A DNA stretch of 64,000 nt, from assembly GCF_009914755.1 (NCBI RefSeq), contig NC_060938.1, one strand, 5' to 3'. Numbering within the stretch: the first letter of the stretch is position 1; each line of letters begins with the position of its first letter. The position numbers were made by a program, and so were the translations under genes. This document shows positions 17,175 to 37,310 of this stretch, in pieces. The stretch comes from the human T2T-CHM13v2.0 reference genome, Homo sapiens. The notes below the pieces were generated by a model. It did no database searches. It was not told the origin of the DNA and saw only the letters and a program-made list of their open reading frames with translations.

Positions 17175-17708
17175 CAGGGATCCCCAGCCGCCAGGCCACA
17201 GACTGGTACAAGTACCTATATGGACCAGTTCTGTGGCCTGTTAGGAACCCAGCCATATAGCTGGAGGTGATCAGTGAGCGAGCAAGCAAAGCTTCATCTG
17301 TATTTACAGCCGCTCTCCATCATTGGCATTACTACCTGAGCTCCACCTCCTGTCAGATCACCAGGGGCATGACAGTCTCACAGGAGCACAAACCCTATTG
17401 TGAACTGCACATGCAAGGGAGCTTATGAGAATCTAATGCCTGATGATCTGTCACTGTCTCCCATCACCCCCAGATGGGACCGTCTAGTTGCAAGGAAACA
17501 AGCTGAGGGCTCCCATTGAGTCTACATTATGGTGAGTTGTATAATTATTTCATTATATATTACAATGTAATAATAATAGAAACAAAGTGCACAATAAATG
17601 TAATGTGCTTGAATCATCCCCAAACCATCCCCCTCCCTGCCGTGGGTCTGTGGAAAAATTGTCTTCCATGAAACCTGTCCCTGGTGCCAAAAAGTTTGGG
17701 GACTGCTG
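17175..17708 (+). mobile_element. MER1A (hAT-Charlie) non-autonomous DNA transposon
   Basis: Termini cagggatcccc / ggggactgctg; 8-bp TSD gcttacag/gcttacac; body matches the recalled MER1A consensus. Confidence 0.88.
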
Positions 17709-18072
17709 GCTTACACGGGATAAAAACACAGGCCAGATTCTTGCCCATGGGCTAAGCAGTGATTTCTGGGCAAGTTGTGGTTGAGGGAACCAAAAAAAAA
17801 ATCTGTCAAGAGGATTTTGGCCAGGTGAGGTAGCTCACGCCTGTAATCCCAGCACTTCGAAAGGCCGAGGCAGGAGAATCACTTGAGTGGTAGACCAGCC
17901 TGGGCAGCATAGTGAGACACTGTCGTCTCTCCAAAAAAAAAAAAAAGAGAAAAAGAAAAGAAAAAATAATTAGCCAGGTATGGTGGTGTGTGCCTGTAAT
18001 CCCAGCTACTCAGGAGGCAGGAGGATCTCTTGAAGCCAGGAGTTCAAGACCAGTATAGGCAACAGTCTCTTT

Positions 18073-18104
<32 letters not shown>

Positions 18105-19294
18105 ATTAGCTGGGGGTATGGTGGTGTGTGCCTGTGATCCCAGCTACTCAGGAGGCAGAAGGATCTCTTGAAGCCAGAAGTTCAAGACCAGCATAGGCAA
18201 CAGTCTATTAAAAATAAAAAAGAAAGAAAGAAAGAAAAAGAAAAAAAAGAAAGAAAAAAGATTTTGACAGAGCTGAGTCTTCCTCAGCTAGGAGCTTGGG
18301 CAAAGGGCTGTCACAGATAATTTTCCAGGGAGGGGAATTTCTTGAAACCTTTAGCTTAAGCGCTAGGGGAAATCTGGTTTTAAGAACTTTGAGATATGAA
18401 TGGAGATGATGGAAGAAAACATCTTTTGAAAGGATGAAGCAGAGCTTTGGTTTCATCTGTGGGGATGCTATTGCTGTTCCTTCGCTCTTGGAAGACTGTG
18501 AATAATGATCACACACATGATTCTGTATAGGGCTGCCCATATGCCAGATATTATTCTAAGCCCCACTCAGCATATACCAACTCATGAATCCTCACAAGGG
18601 TGTGAGGGGAGTATTATTATTATTAGCTGGGGAAGCTGAGGCACAGAAAAGTTAAGTAACTTACTCAAGTACCTCCATACAGTAGGTATTGGAGCTGGAA
18701 TTTGAATCTATACACTGGCAGACCGTGCCCTTCATCCCAACCAATGATGCCTTCCTAAATGGGTCTGTTAGTGATGTAAAAGTAAAGTTGAGGTTACTAC
18801 ATGACCCTGTGACTGCGGAAACAAATTACCACTAATTTGGTGTCTCCATACAACACAAATTCATTATCTTCCATTCTAAAGTTTGGAAACCCAAAATGGG
18901 GCTCACCCAAGGTCTAAATTCAAGGTGTTGGCTGGGCTGCATTCCTCCTGGAAGTGCTACAGGGACACCTGTTTCCTTGCCTTTTTCAGCTTCTAGAGGC
19001 CCCCCCATTCTTCAGCTCATGGCCTCCCTCCATCGTCAGATCCAGCAATGGCCACATGAGCCATTCTCAAGCTGCATCACTCTCACACATTCCCTGTTTT
19101 GTCCCTTCTTTCCTTTATCATGACCCTTGTGATTACATTGGGCCCACCCCAATAATCCAAAATAATTTCCACATATCAAGATCCTTAATCACATCTGCAA
19201 AATCCCTTTTGCATATAAGGTAACATGCTCACCGATTTTGAGGATTTGAGGATGTAGACATCGTTGGGAGCCATTATTCTGCCTACCACACCCA

Positions 19295-20285
<991 letters not shown>

Positions 20286-20429
20286 TTAGCCTGGTGTGAT
20301 GGCCCATGCCTGTAATCCCAGCTACTGGGGAGGCTGAGGCAGAAGAATGGCTTGACTCTGGGAGGCGGAGGTTACAGTGAGCAGAGATTGGCAATTGACT
20401 CCAGCCTGGGCAACAAAAGCGAAACTCTG

Positions 20430-25484
<5,055 letters not shown>

Positions 25485-25807
25485 CTGCCATTTCTTAACG
25501 ACCCCCTGAATGTGGGCCTGTGTTATGGGGGGCTTGCAGATTCCTGGCCTGTGTGCTGAGAAGTGGAGAGAAAATCCTATGTACTAGGACTTCTCTAAGC
25601 ACCTATGTGCAGCCTAGGAACCCCCCCTTTCACAGTTGAACTTGGGGGTGGGGAGGAGGAAAGAAGGGCCTTGCACTTTGACCTCCCTTTCCCACCCACC
25701 ATCCCAACACAGAGAGACGAAGAAGATTTCTCTTGCTGGATGCAAGCATCTCCAGATCATATTGTCCCTCTTTCCCTCCTCTGTGGGTTTTTCTTTTTGA
25801 GACGTAG

Positions 25808-26370
<563 letters not shown>

Positions 26371-27616
26371 AGACTTAACCTTTACTGAGGAAGCATCGTA
26401 AGGCAATATGATTTGCAAGGGAAGGAGAAAGAGCTAGGTTTAATAATCTCCTGTTACATCTCTGCAGATCAGTGTCAGATGTGGCATTCAGCTCTAAGAG
26501 AGAACTAAGACTGGGGCTTGCCAAGGTTATTCAACAAGTATGTACTGAACACCTCCTGTGTGCCAGGCACTGTTCTGGGCACGAGGTAAGCAAAACAGAC
26601 AAAGCTTTCATCCTTCTGGAGCTCATATTCTAATGGAGAACAAGGTAATAAATAAGTAGCGGCCCCTGTGCCATTGCCTGGCTCTGCCACTTATCAGCTG
26701 TGTGACTTTGAGCATGTTAATCTCTCCGGCTTTGGTTTCTTCATCTATAATATCGAGCTAATAATAGGACTCACCGCATAGGCCTGTTCCTCACAGGGTT
26801 ATAATGTGAATTGAAAGAATGAATATGCGCAAAGCCTTTAGACCACAGCTGCTATCTGTTAAGAGAATAAAAATAACTCAACCACATAAATATGACATAA
26901 GAGAAATAAATGTAGAATATGATGTCAGAAGTTAATGAAAAATAAAACCAGGTAAGGGAATAGAGAATGAGAGATGGGAGCCCTGGGGAATTTATCATAT
27001 AGAATATTCAGGGAAGCCTTTCTGAGAAAATGACATTTGAGCAGAGACCGAAGGAAGGGAAGAAATACCTCATTCAACATACAAAAAAATCCATTTCAGG
27101 TGGATTAAAGACCCCAAACAAGATGCCTATTATAAACCTACCAGATTGGCAAAAAGTAAAAAGTCTGACAATAGCAGATGTTGGTGAGGTTATGGAGCAA
27201 GTGATACTTGCAGACACGTTGGTGGGGACATAAAGAGGGACAACCCATTTGGAAACTGGTTTTGCGTTACAAAGACAAGTTGAAAATGCACTCTTCTTGA
27301 GATGCAGAAATTGTATTCCCAGGCATTTACCCAAGAAAACTCATGCATATGTGCATCAGGATACATGAATAATCATATTCCCATCAGTATTACTCCAAAT
27401 CTGGAAACAACCCAAATCTCCATCAGTAATAGAAAGATAGGCCAGGGACGGTGGCTCATGTCTGGAATCCCAGGACTTTGGGAGGCTGAGGTTGGCAGAT
27501 CACCTGAGGTCAGGAGTTCCAGACCAGCCTGGCCAACGTGGAGAAACCCTGTCTCTACTAAAAATACAAAAAATTAGCCAGGTGTGGTGGTGTGCACCTG
27601 TAGTCCCAGCCACTCA

Positions 27617-27772
<156 letters not shown>

Positions 27773-29104
27773 TTACCTACCACCAACTTTATCAAGTGAT
27801 GACATTATGCCATATTTTGTTTCTTACCCTTAAAAAATCATAAACATATTTCTAAAGGCATCTGTCCCTGCTTTCTCCATCCAGAAGTAACTACTATAAT
27901 AAATTAATGTTTATTATTCCTGTAAATTTTTTACCCTTAATATGCATTTCAATATCTATACAAATTATATAGTATTATTTTATAGGTTTAAAAGTTTTAA
28001 ATAAATGCTATTATATCATACATGTATTTCTGCAACTTATTTTCTTAATAATTGTGTTCACTTCTAGCTAATTCTGACCAACTAGGCAAGTGTGTATCAG
28101 ATACTCTATAAGGCCTGGTGAAAAGGTGAACTTGGGTTTGGGAATAGCAGTTGCTCCACTCTGGCTGAACAGGTGAACTCCCACACTATATACATTGTCT
28201 TTTTTGTTTTTAACTTTTTATTACAAAAAATCTCAAATATGTAGTAGCGTAGGCAGCACAGTGTAAAGGACCATATGTAATGATCAGCCAAACTCAGTGT
28301 TGATCAATGATGAGCAGTCTTGTCTGATTTGTACCCTCGCCAACCCCAGTCCAGATAATCTTCTAGCAAATCGCAGACATTACTTGTCAACAATCTGTAA
28401 TTGTTGGCCCCAAGATGGCCCCTACAGATCCTCACCTCCTGGTACACATGCCCTCCTGTATTCTCCTCCCACAGTGAATTGGGGATGGTCTGTGAAACTA
28501 GTACAATATGATGGAAACGTTGGTTTCTGACTTCCAAGGCTGGATTATAAAAGGCATTGTGGTTTCCTCATTGGTCCCTTAGATTGCTCCCTGTAGGAGA
28601 TAAGGGGTGCAGAGAGTAAATTTCCAGGCAGTGAGAATAGCAAGGCCAATGTTCCTGAGGGCTGGATGGCTGGAGCATGTGGGTAAGGAGGAGAGCAGTT
28701 TAAGATGGAGCTGGAGAGAAAGGCCTTATTTGGACAAGGTCTGATCAGTTGCCCACCTGTAACTGACTGAAGCTCTGCTGCTATGATTGGCTGAGACTTT
28801 TGTTACAAAAGTATACTCCTAAGTTAGGCTTTCAGTTTATGTGCCAAGTTAGGTTGCAGTTCCTTATGTAAGAACTCAAGTATAGAGGCATCCTCAGGCC
28901 AAATTTAGTTCAATTTAGCACTTTAAAGAAATAATTTTGGCTGGGCGCAGTAGCTCACGCCTGTAATCCCAGCACTTTGGGAGGCCAAGGCAGGCGGATC
29001 ACAAGGTCAGGAGTTCGAGACCAGCATGGCCAATATAGTGAAACCCAGTCTCTACTAAAAATACAAAAATTAGCCGGGCGTGGTGGCAGGAGCCTGTAAT
29101 CTTA

Positions 29105-29248
<144 letters not shown>

Positions 29249-30086
29249 TTATGGCATAAGAAGCAATCACCCACATACACCTTATAAACCACCAACTGAG
29301 GCCCTGAGAGAGTTGTCCATGACGCCATAGCAAGGCACAACATAGTTTGTTTACTCCCAGGCTTGTGCTATTTCCAGGACAACGTAAAGCACTTTCTCCG
29401 CCCAGCCCCACTACCAACATGGGGACATATCGGGGTTGGAGGGCTCTTCAAAGGCATGGACAGCTGAGGATAGGGAGAGAGGGGGATCTAAGAGGTTCAT
29501 CAGGGGCTCAGGGGTGAAGAGATTTATCCCTGGGAGCAGTTTAGCAGCCCAGATAATATGGAAAACACGAGAACTGGCCTGTCACATCTGGGGAACTTCC
29601 AAAAAGGTGTAGGAATATAAAATCCCCTTGAGTCATCCAAGGTCAATTCATAAAAATACTACACTCTGTGCTCTATAAAAGAAAGGATACAGCAATACTC
29701 ATGTTACTTGTCAGTCTAGATATACAACATACATACAAACATAAGGTACATATTTTTAAGTACTAAGTGCCCTCTGCTGCTGGAAGATAAAAATGCACAA
29801 AAAGGCTCACAATTTCATTCTCTACATCTGTGCAAAGTAGAATCACAGCGCTAAGGAGCTGAAAGACACAGGAATCTTCTAGTGAGGGTCACAAAGTCCC
29901 TGGAGGAAGCCTGCAGGGGCTGAACAGATACTTTAAATGTGGGGTATAAGGATTCACAGAGGCAGGGCTGTGAAGACATAGAGAATACATTCTATCTCCT
30001 GGGGTATTCAAAGTTTAAAATAATTTTTTAATGTTATTTACTTTCAAAAATAAGATTCTCATGGTACAGAGTTCAAAGGGTACTTA

Positions 30087-30446
<360 letters not shown>

Positions 30447-30530
30447 CTAAGCCCTCCTCTCTGGATGCAAACAAGGTGTCCTTCAAGACATAGACTCTAC
30501 CTATAAAAAGTATTTTTACACAAATGACAG

Positions 30531-32381
30531 TGAAAGCACATTTGCAAGATTATGACAGTAAGAAAAATCTGACATAGCTGATTCCATCTTGCTTCTAACT
30601 TCCAAGCTATCCTTGTTTATTCTTGAGCATAGGCCAAGCTGGCTCTTGGAGAAATTTAGTTTATAATTTAACCTTAAAGCAAGGATGATAGTATCCCTTC
30701 CGCAAACTACCCCCTCCTTTTCTGGAGACTAAAACCACCTTTTAAAAACTAACGAAAGGCTGGCTAGGCGCAGTGGCTCACACCTGTAATCCCAGCACTC
30801 TGGGAGGCCGAAGTGGGCATATCACTTGAAGCCTGAGTTGGAGACTAGCCTGGGCAACCTGGCAAAAACCCATCTCTACTAAAAATACAAAAATTAGCCA
30901 GGTGTGGCAGTGGGTGCCTATAGTCCCAGGTACTCAGGAGGCTGATGCAGGAGAATTGTTTGAACCCAGGAGGCAGAGGTTGCAGTGAGCGGAGATTGCA
31001 CCACTGCATTCACCTGAGCAACAGAGCGAGACCCTGTCTCAAAAAAGCAAAACAAAACAACAATAATTGAAAAAAAGTAAAAAAAAAAAAAAAAAAAAGC
31101 GAATGAAAGGCCGTAAGATTAGTATTATGGGAGGGGCCTACACCTGCTAAGATATAAGTGTAGTTAAACTATAACTAGCCATTGTTCTGGAGGTCACAAT
31201 ATTTGTAACCTCCCCGTTTGCTCCTGTAGACACCACCACTATTGTTAAAATCTGAGATTGGTGTTGATGGCATTTTTCAGACCCCGTATTCTGATGGACC
31301 AGCTGGTGTTGTTGTAGTCTCACCAACGCACCACAGTGTAGTGATCTCTCTTGTGAGGTATCACTCGGAGTTCTTTATCTCATGTCCAAGATGATTAAGG
31401 AGCACAGACACAAGGGTGAGGTGGGAGCGAAAGTTTAATAAGCGAAAGACGAAAACTCTCCTCCAGCAGAGAGGGAAGCCTGAATGGGTTGCCCACTAGG
31501 AGGCTGGGGTTCAGGGATTTTATAAACTGGGAAGGGGAAGGAATGTGCTTAGTCTGTGGGCTGTCTTGGAGAAAGTGACTCAGCTTGGCCCAAGGACCTT
31601 AGCCTGGGACCAATCAGGGGCTGAAGTGATGATTCATAGAGGCTAGTCTCACAATCCAAAAAGGAAAGGAAAAGTGCCCACCAGAACCCACCAGAGCCCA
31701 CTGTGTTCATGTCCTAAAAAGGAGAAGAAACTTTTTCCCAGGAGCCCACTGATTATGAAAAGAAAAAGTCATTTCTATGTCAGGCCTTGTTCCCTTATCT
31801 GAGTGAGCTGGAGGTTTGTGCAAGTTTTTATCTGAACGGGCTGGAGGTTCTCCTATCTGTGAAGCCTCGGGCATGTCTCCAGGCACAGCCCTCTGTGCTA
31901 GTTCCCTTGTTGTTGCTTGCAGCTTGATTTTTTTCCCAGGCTGCTTTTTCTGTTATGTGGGGATGAGACAGGTCATCCCCTGTGGGTTGGGGGCTCTCTG
32001 GGGACCCTTCCCTTGCTGTCTACATAAGGCAAGCTGGCTAACTCCTCTCAGTGCCACCTGGACCTGTAACCCATACCAAGAAACTGGCTCATCTGGTCTT
32101 GCGATCCACCAGGAAATGACTCAGCACAAGAAGATAGCTTTGACCCTCTATGATTTCATCCCCAACCCAACCAGTCAACATCCTTCATTCCCTAGACCCC
32201 AGGCCACCAAGCTATCTTTAAGAAACCCTCACCTCCAAATTTTCAGGGAGACTGATTTCAAGTAATAAGCTCCCATCTTCCACTTGGCTAGCCTTGTGTT
32301 AATTAAACTCTTTCTCTACTGCAATACTGCTGTCTCAGTAAATCTGTGCAGTGGGCAAGAAGAACCTGTCAGGCAATTACA
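30531..32381 (+). mobile_element. LTR8-family solo LTR interrupted by an Alu (~30761-31098) and an antisense ERV1 solo LTR
   Basis: tgaaagcacatttgcaagattatgacagt start and ...ggcaattaca end; LTR8 sequence resumes after each insert. Confidence 0.8.
31310..32050 (-). mobile_element. ERV1 solo LTR nested in LTR8 (family not named)
   Basis: TG...CA termini with 4-bp near-TSD gtgt/gtgc; ATTAAA poly(A) signal on the minus strand near 31435. Confidence 0.75.
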
Positions 32382-34075
32382 AAATCACACTATATACACC
32401 ATTATTTTCCTTTTGTGTTTTTTTCTAATTTAACATATATTCTTAAGATCTTAGAGCTTTTTTCGTATCCTTGCATAAGACATCCTTTTTCTTTTTAAAA
32501 ACAGCCACATAATATTCCACTGGAAGAATGTACCAAGAGTTTTAAAGCAATGAACATGTAACTTCTTATTTGCTGTTATAAGCAACACTGTAATTAATAA
32601 CTTCATATATGTCATTTTGCATAATGTGAGTGTATCTGTAGGGTAATTTCTTAAAAGTGGAACTGCCTTCTTAAAGGTATGTATTTTTTGAAATTGTTTT
32701 AAGTATAACATGATATATGTAAACAACTGTTGTTGAATAAAGTGTTGGATGGATTTTTACATATGTATCTACACCTATAATGAATACCAATGTTAAGATG
32801 TAGAACACTATGAGCACCTCCACCTTGACCACTCCCAGTCAATATCTGCCCTCCCAAGAGATAACTGATGCTGTAACTTCTTCTTTTCTTTTCTTTTTTT
32901 TAATTTTATTTTTTTGAGAGAGAGTCTCACTCCATCACCCAGGCTGGAGTGCAGTGTCGCAATCACGGCTGACTGCAACCTCAAACTCCTGGGCTCGAGC
33001 AATCCTCCTACCTCAACCTCCTGAGTAGCTGGGACTACAGGCACATACCACCATGCCTGGTTAATTAAAAAATTTTTTTGTAGAGATGGGGTCTTCCTGC
33101 ATTGCCCAGGCTGGTCTTGAACTCCCAGGCTCAAGTGATCCTCCTGCCTCAGCCTCCTAAAGTGTTGGGATCACAGGCGTGAGCTACTATGCCTGGCCTT
33201 ATTATAACTTTTGTAATCACAAATTTGCTTTGCCTGTTCTTGACCTGTAGAGAAATAGAATTATAGTCTTTTTGGACTGGCTTTTTTAAGGCAAAATTAT
33301 ACCTATGAGTTTCATCTATGGTGTTGCAGTGTCTTGTTTTTCACTGGTGTGAAGTATCATGTTGTAGAGCTATACCACAATTTTGTAATCCATTCACCAG
33401 TTTATTACCATTTGAGTTGTTTCCAGTTTGCGTTATTATGAATAAAGCTGCTTTGAACATCCTTGTAAATAAATGTCTTTGGGTAGGTACTTGTATTCAT
33501 TTCTCCCGAGCAGAATTACTGACTCATAGGGTAAATCTATGCTAGGTCATAGAGTAGGCCTCTGTTTAATTTTAGCAGATATACCCAATGTTTTCCAAAG
33601 TGGTCCTATCACTTACACTCCTCTCAGAAATGTATGCGTGTTCCAGTGGCCTTATGTCCTCATCAGTACCTGGAATTTTCCATCTTTTTACATTTTAGCC
33701 ATTCTGGTGGGTATGCAAATGTATTTCATTATAATTTTAATTTGCATTTCTCTGATGACTAATAATGTTAACACCTTTTCATGTGCTTTTGGATATTTTC
33801 TCTTGCAAAGTGTTTATTAGCTCATTCTTATTAGGTGGATTTTTTTTAAAATTTTGATTTGTAAGAGTGCATTATATTCTAGATATGAGTCCTTTGTCAG
33901 ATACATGTGTTGTAAATGCCTTCTCCCAATCTGTGGCTTTCCTTTCATTCAATTTTTATGAACAGAAATTCTTAATTTTGGCCAGGCACTGTGGCACACA
34001 ACTGTAGTCCCAGCATTTTGGGAGGCCAAGGTGGGTGGATTGCTTGAGCTCAGTAGTTCAAGACCAGCCTGGTTA

Positions 34076-34270
<195 letters not shown>

Positions 34271-35099
34271 TTAACTTAAAATTTAAATTAAAACAAAATT
34301 TAATTTAAAACAAAACAAACAAAACGAAAGCAATTAATTGAGGCTGCAGACTTGTGATCCCTAATTCTAGTTCAATATCTCCATTTAATAAATGATGCCT
34401 GGGAAGAGAAGGGGTTTGCTCAAGTTCCCACAGCTAGAAACTAGAGAATCACAATTAGAACCAAGGTTTTCCTACTTTCTAGCCTAGATATATTCTAGTT
34501 GAGTACAGTCTTTTTTCCTGATAATAAAATTGAGGGTCAGAAAGATTAAGTTACTTGAGGATAATTAACAGCCATTTTTAAAAACCAGTTCATCTGATTT
34601 CTGCCTCTTTTCCATGCTATCTCAATTTACTGAACATTATCATTCATTCATTATTCAGTATGTAGGAGTATCTTCTTGTGCCATGTCCTTTGCTGGGTTC
34701 TGTTGAAACAGCCATAGACAGGACAGACACTGTCCCTGCCCTCCCTCATATAATTACAATTGTGTAAATGTTATGAAGAAGTATAGAGTAGAAGAAAGAG
34801 TATATTGGTTGTGATGCCAGTTAAATGGGAGACTCAGAAGGGGAGTTACTCCCAAAAAGGAGCTTATGTTTCCACCGCTGGAGGAGGGAAACACTCTGAG
34901 ATATTAGTTTAATTGCTTATTAGGTAGCCTCAACTCACTGGGGACACTGACAGGAAATGGTTTAATTTCTTCCAATAATTCTCAAAGATATTTATATCAA
35001 TTCCCATTTTTTCCTCTGAGCCATAGTTTCCTTGATGACATCTTGCCTGCTTCCATAATTTTCAGCCACTTTTAGTAATTAGAACAGACTTGTTTCAGT

Positions 35100-37310
35100 A
35101 TTTAACACTCTGCTCTATTTAATTTCTTTATGCTCGATTTGAATTACCACCTGGTGTCACTTCCTTTCAGGTTGAATGATTTTCTTTATTATTTCTTATA
35201 GGGCAAGTCTTATAGGACTAGCCACAACTTCTCTCAGTCTCTGTTTATCTGGGAATGTCTCTATCTAGCCTTCATTTTTGAAGAATAGTTTTGCTGGAAA
35301 TAGAATTCTTGGTTGACAGTTTTTTTCCCCTTTAGGATTTTACATGTTATCCTACTGCCCTCTTCCTTCATTGTTTATGATATGAAGTCAGCTGTTATTC
35401 TTGTTCCTCTATCTTTGATGAGTCATTTTCCTCTTACAGCTTTTAAGATTTTCTTTGTCTTTCAACAGCTTGACTGTTATGTGCCAGGTTGAATGTCCTT
35501 GTGTTTGTCCTATTTGAAGATCATTGAGCTTCCTAGATGTACAGATTAATGTTTTCATCAAACTTGGAAAGTTTTTGGCTATTTTTTTTCCTCAAATATC
35601 CCCCCTCCTCCCAATCCTTCTCTCCTTCTGAAATTCCCATTACATACATGTTGGTATATCTGATGATGTCACACAGATCTTTGAGAATCACCTCATTTTT
35701 TATTCTTTTTTCTTTATACTGATTGGACAAATTCTATTGATCTGTCTTCAAGTTTTCTAATTGTCTCTTCAGCCCACTCAAATTTGCATTGAACTCCTCT
35801 AGTGAAATTTTTTATTTTTTACTTATTGTACTTTTATTCTAGAATTCCATTGCTTTTTAAAATAATCCCTATCTCTTTACTGATATTCCCTATTTTATGA
35901 AGCATTGTTGTAATTTTTTTGTTTTTGTTTTTGGTTTGTTTGAGCCTGGGTCTCACTATGTTCCCTAAGCTGGTCTCAAACTCCTGAGCTCAAGCAATCC
36001 TTCTGCCTTGGCCTCCCAAAGTGCTGGGATTACAGGTGTGAGCTGCCACAGCTGGCTGCCATATTTTCACTTAGTTCTTTGGACATATTTTTTTTCTTTT
36101 TTTTTTTAAATAGAGTAGATGTGCTGTGTGAGACTTGATCTCATGGTTGAGTAACTTCCTTGAAGTCCTTATATGCTAAGTCCAACATCTCACAACATTT
36201 ATACTGATTTTCACCTCTGTGTATGGTCAATTTTTCTGTTCATTTGCATGTCTGCTTTTTTTTAATTGAAAACTGGACAATTTAGATAATATAGTGTAGC
36301 AACTCCTGTGTTTTGGTGTGCCCCTCAGAGGGTGTTTTTTGTTGTTTTTCTTAGTTTATACATTTGTTGTGTGACTTGCCTGGACTAATTCTGCAGAGTT
36401 TCTCTTCCATAGTGTGTTGACATTGATGTTTCTGCTCAGTTTTATTTTTTTCTCTTTTACGTTTATTTCTAAGGTTGGTTTTCTAAGGTTTTCACCAAGG
36501 TCAATATAGCTTAGAATTTAGTCAATGATTGATCAGATGTGGTAATTAGACACCTCAAGCCAGTAAGACTTCTACCCTTTCTTGATGGACCTGTGTCATC
36601 TAAATGGGTTGAAGAACATTCAAAATTCAGGCAATTTACAAGACTGCTCTGACTTTTGTTTTGCTGGGTTTTCTTGTGTCTCCTCTGCATCTCTGCAAGG
36701 CTTCTCTGGCTTTTGTTTTCCTGTGTCTCCTCTGCCTCTGTGCAAGGCTTCATGTTCCGCCAGGGTTGAGTAGATGACTGGGGCTTTTGCCAGACTCTCC
36801 TGAACTGACACAGCCTTCCAGACCATAAGCGCATCGCCAAAGCCCACTATGGCTATCTGATTCCCTGGATCTCACTGCTAAACTTCCAGCAGGCTTTCTA
36901 ATCAGCTGTTTGCTCAACCAGTCTTGCAGCCCAGGTAATTGTGATGTTGGCATTCCCAATCAACCTTTCTCCTTGGCCATGGGGTTTTGCTGGCACCACT
37001 CCTTACCAAGTCAGCCCCCTCTGGCAGCAAAGCTGCTGGTTTTCACATTTACGCAGCCCTGACAGAACTATTCCCATGGAACTGGAGGAGAGGGATTGGG
37101 AATTTCCCCATGGTAACGTGTCACAGACTCTCACTGTTGTTACCCAAGGTTTAATAGTTTTTCTTGAATAAATGCATTTTAATTTATGTTATACCTGTGG
37201 TGGATTTCCAGGAATTTGAAATGGTTGTTTTTTACAATTGTGTCCAATTTCATCATTGTTTTTTGGGGAAGAGAATTTGCTGAATTCCTTACTCTGCCAT
37301 TCCAGAAGTC
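35100..37310 (-). mobile_element. Old L1M fragment (5' region/ORF1 relic)
   Basis: Minus-strand peptide KEKRIKNEVILKDLCDIIRYTNMYVMGISEGE resembles L1 ORF1p; T-rich on +; boundaries approximate. Confidence 0.7.
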
